Position numbers and translations under genes: made by a program. Positions 1 through 8,764 of a stretch of 39,115 nucleotides of DNA are shown one piece after another. The DNA lies in NCBI GenBank assembly GCA_965213685.1, contig CBDBZY010000040.1, forward strand, positions 1-39,115, read 5' to 3'. The stretch comes from a bacterium (lineage in GTDB: Bacteria; UBA8248). Under the pieces are notes generated by a model. It had not been told where the DNA came from. It did not search any database and saw only the letters and a program-made list of their open reading frames with translations. Positions within the stretch are counted from its first letter, which is position 1. Each line of letters begins with the position of its first letter.

Positions 1-355
1 TGGTCCCCTCCGCGAGCCCCCGGCTTTTGATGGCCTCGGCCGCCTCCTCCGCTGCCCCGACGGTGCCTCTCGCCTTCGTGTAGATGGTGTCCGGTATCCA
101 GGTGTCTATCTCGTTTCGCGGGGCCGCCTCGACGCGCCAGGCCACATGAAAGGCGTCCTCCGGGCGGCCGCGCGGTATTCCGACGAAGGGGAGGTACTGG
201 CTCGGCCCGATGGCGGCGACGCGCTCGCGGAAATGAAAGTAGTAACCCCCCGTCAGGTAGCGAAGGTTGTGGGGGGTGTGCGCGAGTATCCAATCTGCAC
301 CGGCCGCCTCCATCAGGCGGTCCAGCTTCTGCGAATCGTAGGGGGGCTCCCTCAT
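1..355 (-). CDS. M24 (Xaa-Pro peptidase-like) protein, N-terminal part; runs off the left edge
   Basis: Not in the ORF track. Manual translation from ATG at 355 gives MREPPYDSQKLDRLMEAAGADWILAHTPHNLRYLTGGYYFHFRER, clearly paralogous to the neighbouring gene (MKPPYDGEKLDRLMEEAGVDLVLASTRENVRYLCGGYYFHFHER). ATGA overlap with that gene's stop. Confidence 0.88.
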   Translation of the reverse strand, partial: MREPPYDSQKLDRLMEAAGADWILAHTPHNLRYLTGGYYFHFRERVAAIGPSQYLPFVGIPRGRPEDAFHVAWRVEAAPRNEIDTWIPDTIYTKARGTVGAAEEAAEAIKSRGLAEGT

Positions 356-1485
356 TCGACCACCGCCCAGTCCTCGCGGCCCAGGTCGCCCAGGGGTTCG
401 TAGCCGTCCGCCGTCACCGCCACCGCGTCCTCCACCTTGACGTATCCCACCTCGGGATGGCGAATGTCGGTTTCTATCGAGACCACCATGCCCTCCTCGA
501 GCCTTCTCTCCACGCCCGGGCCGAAGTGGGGCTGCTCGTGGGAGACCATGCCGATGCCGTGGATGATGAAGTGGCCGTGCCGCTCTCCGTGCCCGGTCTC
601 CCTCAGGGATTTCCAGCCCCGCTCGTAGACCTCGCCGCAGACGGCGCCGGGGCGTATCTCCTCCCGCACGCGATCTTGCGTCTTCAAGCAGGCCCTGTAG
701 AGTTCATCGGCGAGCGCCGAGGGGGCGCCGCGCACCCCCATCCGGCAGATGTCGGTCAGGTAGTCCGCCTCGGCGCCTCCCGCGTCGAGGTGGAGCACCT
801 CCCCCTCCTCCCACACCTTCTCCGAGGGGGCGCGCAGCATCCCCGGCCCCGCAGCCGCGAAGACCCATAGGAAGTGGAGTCCCCGGTCCGTCATGCCCCG
901 CTCCACGGCGCGGGCCACCTCCCGCGTGGTCGCTCCGGGTCGGGCCGTCTCGAACGCCTCGCGGATGGCCTCGGCGTCCGCCTGGGAGATGCGGCGGTAG
1001 CGCGCTATCTCCTCGGGCGTCTTGATGGCGCGCAGCTCCTCGAGGATGGGAAGCGCCTCGGCGAACCTCGCGTCCGGCAGCGCCTCCATGAGCGCGTCCC
1101 GCCCCGCCGCGGGCAGAAAGTTACCCTCGACCGCGATGGTTCCGCCCCCGAGGCCGCGCGCGGATATGGCCCGGGCGGCGTCCGCCGCCGCCTCCGCCGG
1201 ATGCCTGCCCGAGGGGATGAGCTCCGGCACCCAGAGGCTCTGATCCTGCGCCTGGCCGACCTCCCCGCTTCCGCCGATGAGGAAGGCCCGCTCCGCGTCC
1301 CCGCGCGGGACGCCCGCGAGCGCCATGTACCGGCCGCGTCCCATGGCGGTGAACCTCTCGTGAAAATGAAAGTAATATCCGCCGCAGAGGTATCGGACGT
1401 TCTCCCGCGTGCTCGCCAGAACGAGGTCCACGCCCGCCTCCTCCATGAGGCGGTCCAGTTTTTCCCCATCGTAGGGTGGCTTCAT
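352..1485 (-). CDS. M24 family metallopeptidase (Xaa-Pro aminopeptidase/creatinase fold)
   Basis: Linker LRAIKTPEEI; metal-ligand pattern HLDAGG..YLTDICR, HGIGMVSHE, SIETD, VKVED. GGAGGAG RBS before ATG at 1485; the longer 566-aa ORF extends into the antisense of the repeat array. Confidence 0.9.
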   Translation of the reverse strand: MKPPYDGEKLDRLMEEAGVDLVLASTRENVRYLCGGYYFHFHERFTAMGRGRYMALAGVPRGDAERAFLIGGSGEVGQAQDQSLWVPELIPSGRHPAEAAADAARAISARGLGGGTIAVEGNFLPAAGRDALMEALPDARFAEALPILEELRAIKTPEEIARYRRISQADAEAIREAFETARPGATTREVARAVERGMTDRGLHFLWVFAAAGPGMLRAPSEKVWEEGEVLHLDAGGAEADYLTDICRMGVRGAPSALADELYRACLKTQDRVREEIRPGAVCGEVYERGWKSLRETGHGERHGHFIIHGIGMVSHEQPHFGPGVERRLEEGMVVSIETDIRHPEVGYVKVEDAVAVTADGYEPLGDLGREDWAVVE

Positions 1486-1628
1486 GAGCGACTCCTCCAT
1501 CGCCTTTGTCGGGAAACGCAAACATGCGCAGTAACGCAAGAATGCTACCACAGCGCCCGCCTCCTCGCCATGCGCACGGACCGGCGGCCGCTCCTGTGCC
1601 TGATCAAAGCGCGTCATCTGGCGGATTC

Positions 1629-1658
1629 TTGACAACCGTCGGATGCGGGGAATAGATT
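1629..1658 (+). promoter_or_regulatory. Putative sigma70 promoter, array unit 1
   Basis: TTGACA-18 bp-TAGATT, conserved in all three units and ~38 bp upstream of the GTG start. Confidence 0.65.
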
Positions 1659-1695
1659 GCGAGGGAGGAGCCGCCATTCCCGGAAAGGGGAAGGC

Positions 1696-2016
1696 GTGAG
1701 CACCTATCAAATCCTGTCCCTGATCGTCTCTCCGGGGGTCGCCCTGATAGTGGGCGCCGCGCAAGTCTGGGTTGTCCTGCGCGGCATCAACGCCATGAAG
1801 GAAGCGAGCGAGATACGGGATCGCGCCCACGAGCGGCGACACCAGGAGTCCATGGAGACGCTCGACAGACAGCACCGCGAGACCATGGAGGCGCTCGACA
1901 GCCGGCACCGGGAGGCCATGGAGGCAATCGACCGCCGGCACGAGGAAACGATGACCGCGCTCAACAGCCAGCACAAAGCTCTCGAGACACTGATAGAACG
2001 CACCGCACCCGCGTAG
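1696..2016 (+). CDS. Small membrane-anchored coiled-coil protein with 11-aa repeats, copy 1 (106 aa)
   Basis: GTG after GGAAAGGGGAAGG; hydrophobic segment ILSLIVSPGVALIVGAAQVWVVL; four 33-nt repeats at 1831-1962. Length differences between copies preserve frame. Confidence 0.8.
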   Translation: MSTYQILSLIVSPGVALIVGAAQVWVVLRGINAMKEASEIRDRAHERRHQESMETLDRQHRETMEALDSRHREAMEAIDRRHEETMTALNSQHKALETLIERTAPA

Positions 2017-2178
2017 GAAACCGCTCGGAACCACGCCTCTTCTCTTCACCACGCCAAGCCAAATCGCGGGCGGCGCAATTCGGAGCCTCTGCGCGGGGCG
2101 AGGGCGGTGGAGACGTGCCTTCCCGAAGGACGAATCAATCCTCCTGTGCCTGATCGAAGCGCGTCATATGGCGGATTC

Positions 2179-2208
2179 TTGACAACCGGCGGATGCGGGG
2201 AATAGATT
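2179..2208 (+). promoter_or_regulatory. Putative sigma70 promoter, array unit 2
   Basis: TTGACA-18 bp-TAGATT. Confidence 0.65.
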
Positions 2209-2245
2209 GCGAGGGAGGAGCCGCCATTCCCGGAAAGGGGGAAGC

Positions 2246-2506
2246 GTGGACATCGAAACATACCGGATTCTGTCTTTGCTGGTTCCTCTCGTGGTGGGCG
2301 TCGGCCAGATTTGGGTTGTCCTGCGCGGCATCAACGCCATGAAGGAAGCGAGCGAGATACGGGATCGCGCCCACGAGCGGCGGCACCAGGAGACGATGGC
2401 GGCGATAAAGAGCCAGCACAACGAGGCCATGGAGGCAATCGACCGCCGGCACGAGGAAACGATGACCGCGCTCAAGACGTTGATCGAACGCACCGCACCC
2501 GCATAA
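2246..2506 (+). CDS. Small membrane-anchored coiled-coil protein, copy 2 (86 aa)
   Basis: GTG start; divergent hydrophobic N-terminus ILSLLVPLVVGVGQIWVVL; three 11-aa repeats; same C-terminal TLIERTAPA. Confidence 0.8.
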   Translation: MDIETYRILSLLVPLVVGVGQIWVVLRGINAMKEASEIRDRAHERRHQETMAAIKSQHNEAMEAIDRRHEETMTALKTLIERTAPA

Positions 2507-2680
2507 ATCGTCCGCAACCGCGCCTTTTCTCTTCACTACGCCAAGCCAAATCGCGGGCGGCGCATTCGGAGCCTCTGCGCGGGGCGATCCCCTGGGCGAG
2601 GGCGGTGGAGACGTGCCTTCCCGAAGGACGAATCAATCCTCCTGCGGCCTGCCCATCAAAGCGCGTCATCTGGCGGATTC

Positions 2681-2710
2681 TTGACAACCGTCGGATGCGG
2701 GGAATAGATT
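2681..2710 (+). promoter_or_regulatory. Putative sigma70 promoter, array unit 3
   Basis: TTGACA-18 bp-TAGATT. Confidence 0.65.
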
Positions 2711-2747
2711 GCGAGGGAGGAGCCGCCATTCCCGGAAAGGGGAAGGC

Positions 2748-3035
2748 GTGAGCACCTATCAAATCCTGTCCCTGATCGTCTCTCCGGGGGTCGCCCTGAT
2801 AGTGGGCGCCGCGCAAGTCTGGGTTGTCCTGCGCGGCATCAACGCCATGAAAGAAGCGAGCGAGATACGGGATCGCGCCCACGAGCGGCGGCACCAGGAG
2901 ACGATGGCGGCGCTCGACAGCCGGCACCGGGAGGCCATGGCCGCGATCGACCGCCGGCACGAGGAAACGATGACCGCGCTCAACAGCCAGCACAAAGCTC
3001 TCGAGACACTGATAGAACGCACCGCGCCCGCGTAG
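2748..3035 (+). CDS. Small membrane-anchored coiled-coil protein, copy 3 (95 aa)
   Basis: N-terminus identical to copy 1; three 11-aa repeats plus SQHKALETLIERTAPA tail. Confidence 0.8.
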   Translation: MSTYQILSLIVSPGVALIVGAAQVWVVLRGINAMKEASEIRDRAHERRHQETMAALDSRHREAMAAIDRRHEETMTALNSQHKALETLIERTAPA

Positions 3036-3124
3036 GAAACCGCTCGAAACCGCGTTTTGCCTTTTGGCGGCGGCGGCTGGAATGAGATAAATCCACATAA
3101 ATCGTTGAAAAACAAGGAGAACGC

Positions 3125-5125
3125 TTGACAATGCCGCCTGAATATGATAGCCTTCCAAACCTCTCCAAACCTCTCCAAACCTCTCCAAACCTCTCCAAAC
3201 CTCTCCAAACCTCTCCAAACCTCTCCAAACCTCTCCAAACCTCTCCAAACCTCTCCAAATATAGATCCCTAGAAAACCCCCATCCTCTCTCCCTGCTGAC
3301 GACAGAGCTCGTTTGGGAGGGGAAATACGACGAATATGGGAGGCGGCGCGAGGTAGAAAGCGCCGCCTTTCCTCTACAGAAAATCGAGACGGTGGACGCG
3401 CCCCGCTCGGCGCTGGAGGCCCAGGGCGCGCTCTTTGACGAGAGCAAGGCCCATCGCGACGACTTCCGCAACCTCCTCGTCTGGGGCGACAACAAGCCCG
3501 CCATCGCCTCCCTGCTGGAGGAGTTCCGGGGGAGGGTGCGCCTCATCTACATCGACCCGCCCTTCGACGTCGGGGCGGATTTCACGCTTAAAGTGCCGTT
3601 GGGGGACGGGAAGGAGACGGCCGGCAAGGAGGCATCCCTCCTCGAGCAGGTCGCCTACCGCGACACCTGGGGAAGGGGGACGGACTCCTACCTCCACATG
3701 ATGTACGAGCGCCTCTCCCTCATGCGGGAGCTGCTCGCCGAGGATGGCAGCATCTACGTCCATTGCGATTCCACCATAATCTATTATTTGAAAGCCGTCA
3801 TGGATGAAATTTTTGGGCATGGGAATTTTCGGCAAGACATAATTTGGTATCGATACAACAAGATAGATGATAGTCGCAAAGTGTGGACGAAATATCACGA
3901 CAATTTGCTTTGTTATGCGCGCGGGAAATCTCCGATATGGAATCCAATTACCGTAGGAACAGGTGAGATGGTTACTCGAAAAAAGATGCATAAAATTGAC
4001 GGTAAAATTGCAAACACTGCAGAGTATATTACTTATGAAAAAAGTAAGTGTCTTACAAGGTCGGTGATAGAAGACGTTCCTGACGTGAATATAGGAAACT
4101 CCAAAGAACGCACCGGCTATCCCACACAAAAGCCCGAAGCCCTTTTGGAGCGCATCATCAAGGCGTCCTCGAACGAGGGCGACATCGTGGCGGATTTCTT
4201 CTGCGGATCGGGCACGACGGGGGCGGTGGCGGAGCGGCTGGGCAGGCGGTGGATCATGTCCGACCTGGGCCGCTTCGCCGTCCACACCAGCCGCAAGCGG
4301 CTGCTGGACATGCAGCGGACGCTCCACGCGGACGAGCGGCCCTACCGCTCCTTCGACGTCTTCAACATGGGCCGCTACGAGCGGGGCTGGTGGCAACAAG
4401 AGGCGCTCGACGGGGCGGACGGGGAGCACCGCCGCTGCGTCCTCCGGTTCTTCGGCGCGGAGCCCCTGAACGCGGCGCCCTCCCCCCTGCTGCACGGACG
4501 CAGGGAGGGCGCGTTCGTCCACGTGGACGGAATCGACGGCCACTTCACACAGGAAGAAGCGCGCGAGGTGGCGCGCGCCGTCCGGTCGGCGGGCGGGCGC
4601 TGTGCATACTGCCTCGCCTGGGATTTCGAGATGGACATGCGCCAGACTGCCGAGGCGATAGAAGCCGAACTAGGGGTGGAGCTGCGGCCGCGCCGCATCC
4701 CGCGCGAGATCATGGAGCGCAACCGGGAGCCGCCGTTGCCCTTCCACGAGCCGGCGCACCTGGCGGCCAGCGCCGTCCTCCGGAAGAACGGGCGCGGCGC
4801 GCCGGAGGTGGACATCAAACTCGAGCGCTTCCTCCCCTCCCTCGCCGAGGTTCCCGGGAAGGAGCTGGAGGCACTCCGGGAGCGGGCTGCGCGGAGCGGG
4901 TTCGACTTCATCGACTTCTGGGCGGTGGACTTCGACTCGTCGCCCGGCAGGCCCTTCCGCCACCACTGGCAGGACTACCGCACCAAGGGGGACAGAACGC
5001 TCAAAACCGTGAGCGATGCGGCGTTCTCCTATCCGGGGTTCGGGAGCTACACGGCGCGCGTGAAGGTGGTGGACGTCTTCGGCTTCGACACGAGCGTCGT
5101 CGTGAACGTGGAGGTGGCGGGATGA
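3125..5125 (+). CDS. mod: Type III R-M modification methylase (beta-class N6A/N4C MTase); start at TTG 3125 or ATG 3131
   Basis: Motif IV LIYIDPPF precedes motif I DFFCGSGTT; YPTQKPEALLERII; AAGGAG at 3114-3119; ATGA overlap with the downstream DEAH helicase-nuclease. Confidence 0.92.
   Translation: MTMPPEYDSLPNLSKPLQTSPNLSKPLQTSPNLSKPLQTSPNLSKYRSLENPHPLSLLTTELVWEGKYDEYGRRREVESAAFPLQKIETVDAPRSALEAQGALFDESKAHRDDFRNLLVWGDNKPAIASLLEEFRGRVRLIYIDPPFDVGADFTLKVPLGDGKETAGKEASLLEQVAYRDTWGRGTDSYLHMMYERLSLMRELLAEDGSIYVHCDSTIIYYLKAVMDEIFGHGNFRQDIIWYRYNKIDDSRKVWTKYHDNLLCYARGKSPIWNPITVGTGEMVTRKKMHKIDGKIANTAEYITYEKSKCLTRSVIEDVPDVNIGNSKERTGYPTQKPEALLERIIKASSNEGDIVADFFCGSGTTGAVAERLGRRWIMSDLGRFAVHTSRKRLLDMQRTLHADERPYRSFDVFNMGRYERGWWQQEALDGADGEHRRCVLRFFGAEPLNAAPSPLLHGRREGAFVHVDGIDGHFTQEEAREVARAVRSAGGRCAYCLAWDFEMDMRQTAEAIEAELGVELRPRRIPREIMERNREPPLPFHEPAHLAASAVLRKNGRGAPEVDIKLERFLPSLAEVPGKELEALRERAARSGFDFIDFWAVDFDSSPGRPFRHHWQDYRTKGDRTLKTVSDAAFSYPGFGSYTARVKVVDVFGFDTSVVVNVEVAG
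3154..3259 (+). repeat. Simple sequence repeat (TCCAAACCTC)x10 plus a 6-bp partial unit
   Basis: Perfect 10-bp tandem repeat read directly; encodes PNLSKPLQTS repeats at the Mod N-terminus. Confidence 0.98.
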
Positions 5126-8100
5126 GCGCGGACGCCCCCGAAAGCCCGATCATCAACCCCGATGCGCTGGAGCCGCTGTTCGCCCCCTGGGAGGAGCCGA
5201 ACAAACACCGCGTCCGCGCGGAGGGAGGCCTCCCGCCTGAGGTCAACAACTGGCGGCGGCCCTCCGCGAACAGGCTCGTCACCCCCCTGCGCGCGATGGT
5301 GCGGGAGTGGCGGGAGTCGGGCTACCCCGGGGCGAGCGGCACCACGCGCGCGCTGCTCCGCCACTGGTTCGACAGTCCGCACCGCGCCCGCGAGGAGGAG
5401 TTCCGCTACTACTTCTGCCAGCGCGAGGCGGTCGAGACGCTCATCTGGCTACTGGAGGTTCGGAGGCTGCGCTGCCTCTCCGCGCTCATCTCGGAATTTG
5501 GCGGGCCGGAGGCGGAGGAGGAGGCACTCGGGGTGAATCCGGAAGAGGACGAGTGGGCGCGCTACGCCTTCAAACTGGCGACGGGGGCGGGCAAGACCAA
5601 GTGCATGAGCCTCGCCATCGTCTGGAGCTATTTCCACGCCCTGCGGGAGAGCCGCTCGGAGATGGCGCGGCACTTCGTCGTCATCGCGCCGAACCTGACG
5701 GTGTTCGAGCGGCTGCGGGAGGATTTTCGGCCCGAGGGCGGGGGGGCCGGACATCTTTCAGCAAGATCCGCTCATCCCGTCCGCATGGCGCGGGGACTGG
5801 AACTTCTCGGTCGTCCTGCAGGAGGAGGCGGGCGGGGCGGCTGCCGGCGGCGCGCTCTACCTGACGAACATCCACCGCCTGTTCGAGAAGAAAAAGGGGA
5901 AGAAGGACGCCGCAACCCACCCCTGGGCCGGGCCGCCCGTGGCGAAAGCGGGCGCACTCGACGCCGCCGCCGCGCTGCGCGAGCGCATCGCCTCCCACGG
6001 GCGGGTGATGCTGCTGAACGACGAGGCCCACCACGTCTGGGATCGGGGCTCGGCCTGGAACGAGGCGATTCGCGTCCTCCACGAGGGGCTGCGGCACAGG
6101 GGTGGTGCGGGGCTGGTCGCCCAGCTGGATTTCTCGGCGACGCCCAAGGACGACAGGGGACAGCCCTTCCGGCACATCGTCTGCGACACGCCGCTCGGCG
6201 AGGCGGTGGACGCCGGCATCGTCAAGACGCCCGTCATCGGCTCCGCTGGCAATCTGGTCGAGCAACCGAACGATGACGCCGCCCGCCGCTACGAGGCGCA
6301 CCTGCTCCTCGGCTACGAACGCTGGCGGGGCAGTTGCGCGGAGTGGAGCGGGAGCGGAAAGCGTCCCCTGCTGTTCGTCATGTGCGAGAACACTGACGCT
6401 GCGGATCAGATCGCCCGGCGGCTGGACAACGACCCGATGTTCGGGGAGCTGAACGGCAAGACGATCAACCTGCACACGAACCTCAAGGGCAGGATCAGGA
6501 AAAAAGACGGGGTTTTTGTGGAAAGTGCTAAGGAAATCAGCGATGCGGACCTGAAAGCCATCCGGCGGATCAGCCGCGAGCTGGACAGCGCGGAGAACCG
6601 CTACGCCTGCATCGTCTCGGTGCTCATGCTGCGCGAGGGCTGGGACGTGCGGAACGTCACCACCATCGTCCCGCTGCGGGCATACAGCGCGCAGTCGAAC
6701 ATCCTCGCCGAGCAGACGCTCGGGCGCGGCCTGCGCCGCATGACGCCGCCCGGCGGGCCGGACGGAGGGGTGAACGAGGTGGTCACCGTGGTGGAGCACG
6801 AGGCGTTCGCGCGGCTGTATCGGGAAGAGCTGGACCAGGAGGGGCTGGCGATCTCGGAGGTGGAAGTCGGGAAGGTGCCGGCGACCACGGTCTCGATTTT
6901 CCCGGACGAACGCAAGGACTGGGACGCACTCGACATCGCCCTTCCCGCCCTCACCGCCGCCCACGGGAGGCGGCCGACGCTGGAGGAGGGGAGCCTCTCC
7001 TTCGAGGAGGTGCGGGAGGTGCTCCGGCGGCAGGGCCACGGCCCCCTGCCGCTCGGGGAGAAGGGGGCGGGCGAGATCGATTACGAGGGGGAGGCGCTGT
7101 TCACGGGCGAGGTGGTCGAGCGGATGAAGATACACCAGCCGCTGCTCCGGGACGGGTTCACCGCCATATCGTATTACGTCCGGGAGCTGGAGGCGGCCTG
7201 CGGGGTGCGGAACGCGCACGCCGCCCTCGCCCCGCTCATCGAGGCCTTTCTGGGGGAGACGCTCTTCGGGGAGAGGGTGGGGCTGGACGACCCGAGGCTG
7301 GTCGCGCGCCTGGCGGACGAGGACGTGCGCGCGCGCATCCGCGCCGCGTTCGTCGGCCTCATCCGGGAGCGCACGACGTGGACGCAGGAGCGCCGGGCCG
7401 AGGGTGCGCCGATGCGCCTGCGGGACTGGAAGTCCTACCAGGCGACGCGCTCCGAGCGGCGGCCGGCCGTGGCCGCGCAAAAGACGCTCTTCAACCTCGT
7501 CCCCTGCCACCAGAACCTCGAGGTCGCGATGGCGCGCTTTCTCGACGGCGCGCCGGACGTGGCGGCTTTCGCCAAGAACGCCGGCCGCCAGAAGCTGCGG
7601 ATCGACTATCTCGCGGCGGAGGGGCGGCTGGCCTCCTACACGCCCGATTTCTTCGTGCGGACGGCGGACGGCCACTATCTGCTGGAGGCCAAGGGGCGGC
7701 AGGAGGAGGAAGCGCCGCGCAAGGCGCAGGCGGCGGTCGCATGGTGCGAGAACGCCTCCTCGGGCGGCGGCGTCCGCCGGTGGAGGTACGTCTTCGCACC
7801 GCAGAACGTGGTGGAGCGGCTTGCCGGCAACCGCTTCGCCGACCTCGCCCGCGCCTGCGCGCCCGCACTGGACAACCTGCTGAGCGCGGCCACGGAGGCG
7901 CCCGAGCTGCCCTTCTACGAGACGCGCGAGGAGGGCGACGCGGAGGGCTTCTTCGGGGCCGCGGCGTTCGGGAAGCTCGCCGGGGACGACCGGCAGGCCG
8001 CACGGGAGGCGCTGGGGCTGTACCGGTTCCTCGCGCCCAAGCGCGGGGAGCCAAGCTTCGCGCCCGCCTTCATCCCGCTGCTCCACCCGCTCGACGCCGC

Positions 8101-8542
8101 CGCCCAAGCCCTCGTCCTCGGCCTGCTCGAGGGCGCGACGCCGGGCGGCCGCCAGGAGCGGGAGGCGTGGTTTTTCCCCGATATGGGCGGCGTGGAGGGA
8201 CGCGAGCATTACGAGCGGATGGCGAAAAACCTCCGGCGCGGCCTGTTGTACGCCAACCCGCTCTCGGTGCTCGGCCTGCTGCGCTCCTGCCTTGACTACG
8301 CGGTGGAGGAGACTCCGCGCCTCGGGGGCGTGTTCGCCGCCGTCCGCGAGGCGTTCCGCCGGCCGGGCGTGCGCAGGGTGCGCGAGTGCGTGCGGGAGGT
8401 CAACGATTTTCGCAACACCCGCGTCGCCCACCAGGAACAGCCGCTGACGGACGGCGCCCTCGCCGGGCGGCACCTGAAAAAATGGGCGGAGACGCTCGCC
8501 CTCCTGCGCACCTGGCGGGAGGGCGATGCGGACGGCCTTTGA
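5122..8542 (+). CDS. res: Type III R-M restriction subunit (DEAH helicase + PD-(D/E)xK nuclease) with C-terminal HEPN-like extension; one apparent +1 frameshift at G7 5740-5746
   Basis: YFCQREAVET, Walker A KLATGAGKT, LLNDEAHH, FSATPK, VLMLREGWD, EQTLGRGLR, nuclease YTPDFFV..LLEAKG. Removing one G joins the two ORFs (..PEGGGPDIFQQDPLIP..). Confidence 0.9.
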
Positions 8543-8625
8543 TATGGGCGCACACCGCTGGCCATTCTGCCCGCCGGATAGCCGTCCCTCCCGTCTGCGG
8601 CCTTTGATACGGGCGGCGCGCTCAT

Positions 8626-8764
8626 CGCGAGCATTACGAGCGGATGGCGAAAAACCTCCGGCGCGGCCTGTTGTACGCCAACCCGCTCTCGGTGCTCGGC
8701 CTGCTGCGCTCCTGCCTTGACTACGCGGTGGAGGAGACCCCGCGCCTCGGGGGCGTGTTCGCCG
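8626..8764 (+). repeat. 139-bp direct duplicate of res 8201-8339
   Basis: CGCGAGCATTACGAGCGG...GGGGGCGTGTTCGCCG occurs twice; I see one mismatch (GACTCC vs GACCCC). Confidence 0.95.

Larger units (their letters stand above)
1591..3054 (+). repeat. Tandem array of three ~500-550 bp units (promoter + leader + small CDS + spacer)
   Basis: Near-identical GGCGGATTCTTGACAACCG(T/G)CGGATGCGGGGAATAGATTGCGAGGGAGGAGCCGCCATTCCCGGAAAGGGG with TTGACA at 1629, 2179 and 2681 (periods 550 and 502). Near-identical ~100-bp spacers at about 2041-2146 and 2528-2644. Confidence 0.97.

Noticed and set aside
1486-2052. N-terminal extension of the 566-aa ORF and other antisense ORFs over the array (2135-2536, 2472-3248, 2759-3238)
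   Set aside because: They are the reverse complement of the small repeat genes and the SSR (LERFGEVWRG repeats); the M24 gene has its own RBS and start at 1485
1591-3260. Possible CRISPR array or integron cassette array
   Set aside because: Units are ~500 bp paralogous genes or spacer-less 10-mers; there are no unique spacers, cas genes, integrase or recognisable attC sites
8201-8764. Possible DGR template/variable repeat pair
   Set aside because: Only one mismatch between the copies and no reverse transcriptase in the window
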